A stretch of DNA of 7,523 bases from a virus (Duplodnaviria > Heunggongvirae > Uroviricota > Caudoviricetes). The stretch spans positions 1 to 7,523 of IMG/VR virus record IMGVR_UViG_2579779076_000001; one strand, written 5' to 3'. Shown piece by piece: positions 5,600 to 7,523 of this stretch. The notes under the pieces were generated by a model. The model worked only from the letters and a program-made list of their open reading frames with translations, was not told the origin of the DNA and did not search any database. Each line of letters opens with the position of its first letter. Within the stretch, counting starts at the first letter, position 1. The translations under genes were made by a program, and so were the position numbers.

Positions 5600-5664
5600 A
5601 AGGTAACAATAGTTACATGATAATGTCAACCATAGTGACATCCATTGGTAGTAACATTGGTTAC
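5600..5664. promoter_or_regulatory. OR-like operator region with leftward PR-like promoter
   Basis: Palindromes GTAACAATAGTTAC (5603-5616), TGTCAACCATAGTGACA (5624-5640) and GTAACATTGGTTAC (5651-5664) at about 23-25-bp centre spacing. Minus-strand -35 TTGACA (5629..5624), 18-nt spacer, -10 TACCTT (5605..5600), overlapped by the first operator. Confidence 0.55.
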
Positions 5665-6339
5665 ATGAACACTACTATTAGCGAACGCATCCGAAAGCGT
5701 CGAAGAGACATAGGTCTAACCCAACAGCAGGTTGCAAAGGCTATCGGCGTCACCCGTGTATCCGTAACAAAGTGGGAAAATGGTTCAACAAAACCGGACG
5801 GTGAGAATTTACATCTGCTGTCAAAACTGTTTTCCAAATCACCTGAATGGATTCTTTATGGGAAAGATATTCACGATCAAGTCGATGATTTGCGATTGAA
5901 TCAACTCCCCTACCTTAGTGACAACATCACCCGGTTGCCCGTTTTAACGTGGGAACAGGCTGGTTACTGGGATATGAGCTACCCAGTAACCGAAATCCCT
6001 GGTATTAAGAATTGGGTTGATGTCATGACAAAAACATCTGAAAACTCTTTTTTATTGCGCGTTGAGGGAGATTCAATGACAAACTCTAACGGTTTGCCAA
6101 CGATCCCCGACGGCTCCACGGTGTTGATCACTCCATGCTCTGGCAACATTGGGGAGATGGCGGGAAAGATTGTTCTAATCCAACTAGAAGGAATACCAAC
6201 TGTAACACTGAAAAAAGTCGCAATTGATGGCCCAAACATCTACCTACTGTCATTAAATCCGCTTTACAAGCCTATAGAACTCAATGGTCGCTACACCATT
6301 AAAGGTAAAGTCTCACAAATCCATCAATACTTAGATTGA
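5665..6339 (+). CDS. CI-like repressor: XRE-type HTH N-terminal domain plus S24 (LexA-like) autopeptidase C-terminal domain
   Basis: HTH segment LTQQQVAKAIGVTRVSVTKWENG; C-terminal domain with GDSM (Ser) and KK (Lys) dyad context. ORF-track ATG at 5617 would place two operators inside the coding region, so ATG 5665, abutting the third operator, is preferred (leaderless-like, as lambda cI from PRM). Alternative start 5617. TGA stop at 6337-6339. Confidence 0.8.
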   Translation: MNTTISERIRKRRRDIGLTQQQVAKAIGVTRVSVTKWENGSTKPDGENLHLLSKLFSKSPEWILYGKDIHDQVDDLRLNQLPYLSDNITRLPVLTWEQAGYWDMSYPVTEIPGIKNWVDVMTKTSENSFLLRVEGDSMTNSNGLPTIPDGSTVLITPCSGNIGEMAGKIVLIQLEGIPTVTLKKVAIDGPNIYLLSLNPLYKPIELNGRYTIKGKVSQIHQYLD

Positions 6340-6345
6340 CCAAAA

Positions 6346-6368
6346 GCCCGCATATATTGCGGGTTTTT
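6346..6368 (+). terminator. rho-independent terminator after the repressor gene
   Basis: Stem 6347-6352 / 6358-6363 (CCCGCA / TGCGGG) with 5-nt loop, followed by TTTTT (6364-6368), 7 nt after the stop codon. Confidence 0.7.
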
Positions 6369-6381
6369 CACACGCCTTTAT

Positions 6382-6429
6382 GTAACTTATAGAACACGCA
6401 TTGACTCAACGAGTAACTTCTGTTACCTT
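6382..6429 (+). promoter_or_regulatory. OL/PL-like operator-promoter for rightward early transcription
   Basis: Perfect operator GTAACTTCTGTTAC (6413-6426) and degenerate GTAACTTATAGAAC (6382-6395). -35 TTGACT (6401-6406), 17-nt spacer, -10 TACCTT (6424-6429): the same -35 / operator / -10 layout and identical -10 hexamer as the PR-like promoter. Confidence 0.5.
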
Positions 6430-6605
6430 CATTGCGTACCCACCCCGTCCCACAGAACGCCGGGCAATACTTCGAGTTACCCGGCAGTGGTCAGGGGTTA
6501 AGTAGCCAGCCCGAGGCGTATGAACATGACGGCGGGAACACTTTGTATAACAGCGCAGCAGGTTTTTAGTTCCGCTACCCGGCGTTAAGGGGAAATGAGG
6601 TCAAC

Positions 6606-6758
6606 ATGGATACGCTCAATCTTGGCAACAACGAATCTCTGGTATGCGGCGTGTTTCCCAACCAGGACGGCACGTTTACCGCGATGACGTATACCAGAAG
6701 CAAAACGTTTAAAACTGAAGCTGGCGCGCGTCGCTGGTTAACCAGAAACACTGACTGA
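6606..6758 (+). CDS. small protein, 50 aa (MDTLNLGNNESLVCGVFPNQDGTFTAMTYTRSKTFKTEAGARRWLTRNTD), possibly YdaF-like
   Basis: Not in the ORF track. ATG at 6606 with GAGGT about 5 nt upstream; TGA stop at 6756-6758 overlaps the next ATG (TGATG). Resemblance to Rac YdaF-type small proteins is a weak recollection. Confidence 0.5.
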   Translation: MDTLNLGNNESLVCGVFPNQDGTFTAMTYTRSKTFKTEAGARRWLTRNTD

Positions 6759-6769
6759 TGAGGTTGACG

Positions 6770-7144
6770 ATGGAATTTAAAGATTTACCACTACCATTCC
6801 AGGAAATGGCTGCGAATATAGTTCGTTCTCAACTGGCCACTCTTGACCTGAGTACCGTAGAAAAAGAAACCATCGATAATATATCCGGTAACGTACGCCG
6901 AGCCTTTATCGGGCTGTACGAAGAGAAGCAGCTCTCTGATAACCAGGATTTACATGAAAAATACTTTCTGGAATTAATGGACATCATTAATAAAGGATTT
7001 GGCTTGTTAATGAAAAAGAAAGGGATTCGAATAGCTCCCCTTGAAAATCATTTTACAGCAAGCAGTATTAACTCCTGTGATTTAAAGCATCACACATCCG
7101 ATGGGAAAGTTGAATCAAACAACAAAATATCAATTAATCATTAA
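6770..7144 (+). CDS. hypothetical AT-rich cargo protein, 124 aa, first sizeable gene of the PL-like operon
   Basis: ORF-track start 6758 (ATG) has no SD; ATG 6770 has GAGGT 6-7 nt upstream. Visibly AT-rich, Lys/Asn/Ser-rich C-terminal half; no TM segment; no family recognised. TAA stop at 7142-7144. Confidence 0.65.
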   Translation: MEFKDLPLPFQEMAANIVRSQLATLDLSTVEKETIDNISGNVRRAFIGLYEEKQLSDNQDLHEKYFLELMDIINKGFGLLMKKKGIRIAPLENHFTASSINSCDLKHHTSDGKVESNNKISINH

Positions 7145-7455
7145 TTTATTCACGGGTGAGGTAGAGCGCGTGCGCCGGACACGGATAAGAATCCGGCACT
7201 GACAGTTTACTGAAAGAACATATCCCTGAAAAGTCAGGGCATAACACGAAAGCGCACGGCGAGAATATAAGGCTTGTCGTTAAATTTAATTCGATCGTGC
7301 GCTTCCGGTTGTGGCAATCCGCGAAATGGCGCGGCGGTAAGTATGGCTGGGGCTTCCTCCATTGCTCCAGAAAATGCACCGGGTTGTCAGGTTGACCATG
7401 CGCCTGAGTGACAACACCGCCACAACAACCTCTGTTATCACTTTTCTGGTGATTC

Positions 7456-7481
7456 GGCGGAAATGGATATCCGCCATTTTT
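7456..7481 (+). terminator. candidate rho-independent terminator (plus strand)
   Basis: Stem GGCGGA (7456-7461) / TCCGCC (7470-7475) with 8-nt loop, followed by ATTTTT (7476-7481). No convincing upstream CDS in 7145-7455, so the transcript it ends is unclear. Confidence 0.45.
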
Positions 7482-7523
7482 AAAGTGTATTTTGTGATGC
7501 GGTGAATGCGGCTAAGCGCACGC

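Noticed and set aside
5617-5664. ORF-track ATG 5617 as the repressor start
   Set aside because: It would put the operator palindromes at 5624-5640 and 5651-5664 inside the coding sequence and overlap the PR-like promoter, and it has no RBS. ATG 5665 is preferred but is not proven.
4939-6239. ORF-track entries 4939..5133 (+), 5221..5550 (+) and 5979..6239 (-)
   Set aside because: Antisense shadow ORFs inside the YdaT-like, Cro-like and CI-like genes, with no independent signals.
6520-6588. 22-codon ORF in the PL leader (MNMTAGTLCITAQQVFSSATRR) and a 44-codon ORF at 7373..7507
   Set aside because: Too short and unsupported to call as genes. The first has a GAGG four nt upstream and could be a leader peptide, but there is no conservation or attenuator evidence.
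6436-6770. A lambda N-type antiterminator and nutL site downstream of the PL-like promoter
   Set aside because: Neither downstream protein has an arginine-rich N-terminal motif, and no boxA-like CGCTCTTA element precedes the leader hairpin. This phage probably uses a different early-regulation scheme.
7146-7477. Minus-strand ORFs 7146..7379 and 7286..7477
   Set aside because: No Shine-Dalgarno sequences, mutually overlapping, Cys/Pro/Arg-rich translations, and they span the plus-strand terminator. Most likely spurious.

Overview
The window reads as the immunity and early-replication core of a lambdoid (Rac/CP-933P-like) enterobacterial prophage. A CI-like repressor (5665..6339, +) faces a leftward, largely translationally coupled operon: Cro-like HTH, YdaT-like protein at the cII position, an O-like initiator carrying two internal iteron arrays, a lambda-P-like helicase loader, then a nin-like cargo region (tandem winged-helix protein, small HTH protein, DUF4406 nucleoside-2-deoxyribosyltransferase-like protein, two tiny acidic proteins, a 171-aa protein, a 27-aa hydrophobic peptide). 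This is followed by a complete hok/mok/sok-type type I toxin-antitoxin locus and a 90-aa basic protein. Rightward of the repressor are a terminator, a PL/OL-like promoter-operator, a 50-aa protein and an AT-rich 124-aa cargo gene. All calls are from reading the sequence and recalled family knowledge; no searches were run. Many ORF-track starts are GTG/TTG codons lying inside upstream genes, so starts were re-picked by ATG and Shine-Dalgarno context. No rRNA, tRNA, CRISPR array or transposase was seen. The most interesting candidates for function beyond the phage core are the coupled wHTH-HTH-DUF4406 module, the AT-rich acidic-protein island, the PL-proximal cargo gene and the hok-adjacent micro-peptide.
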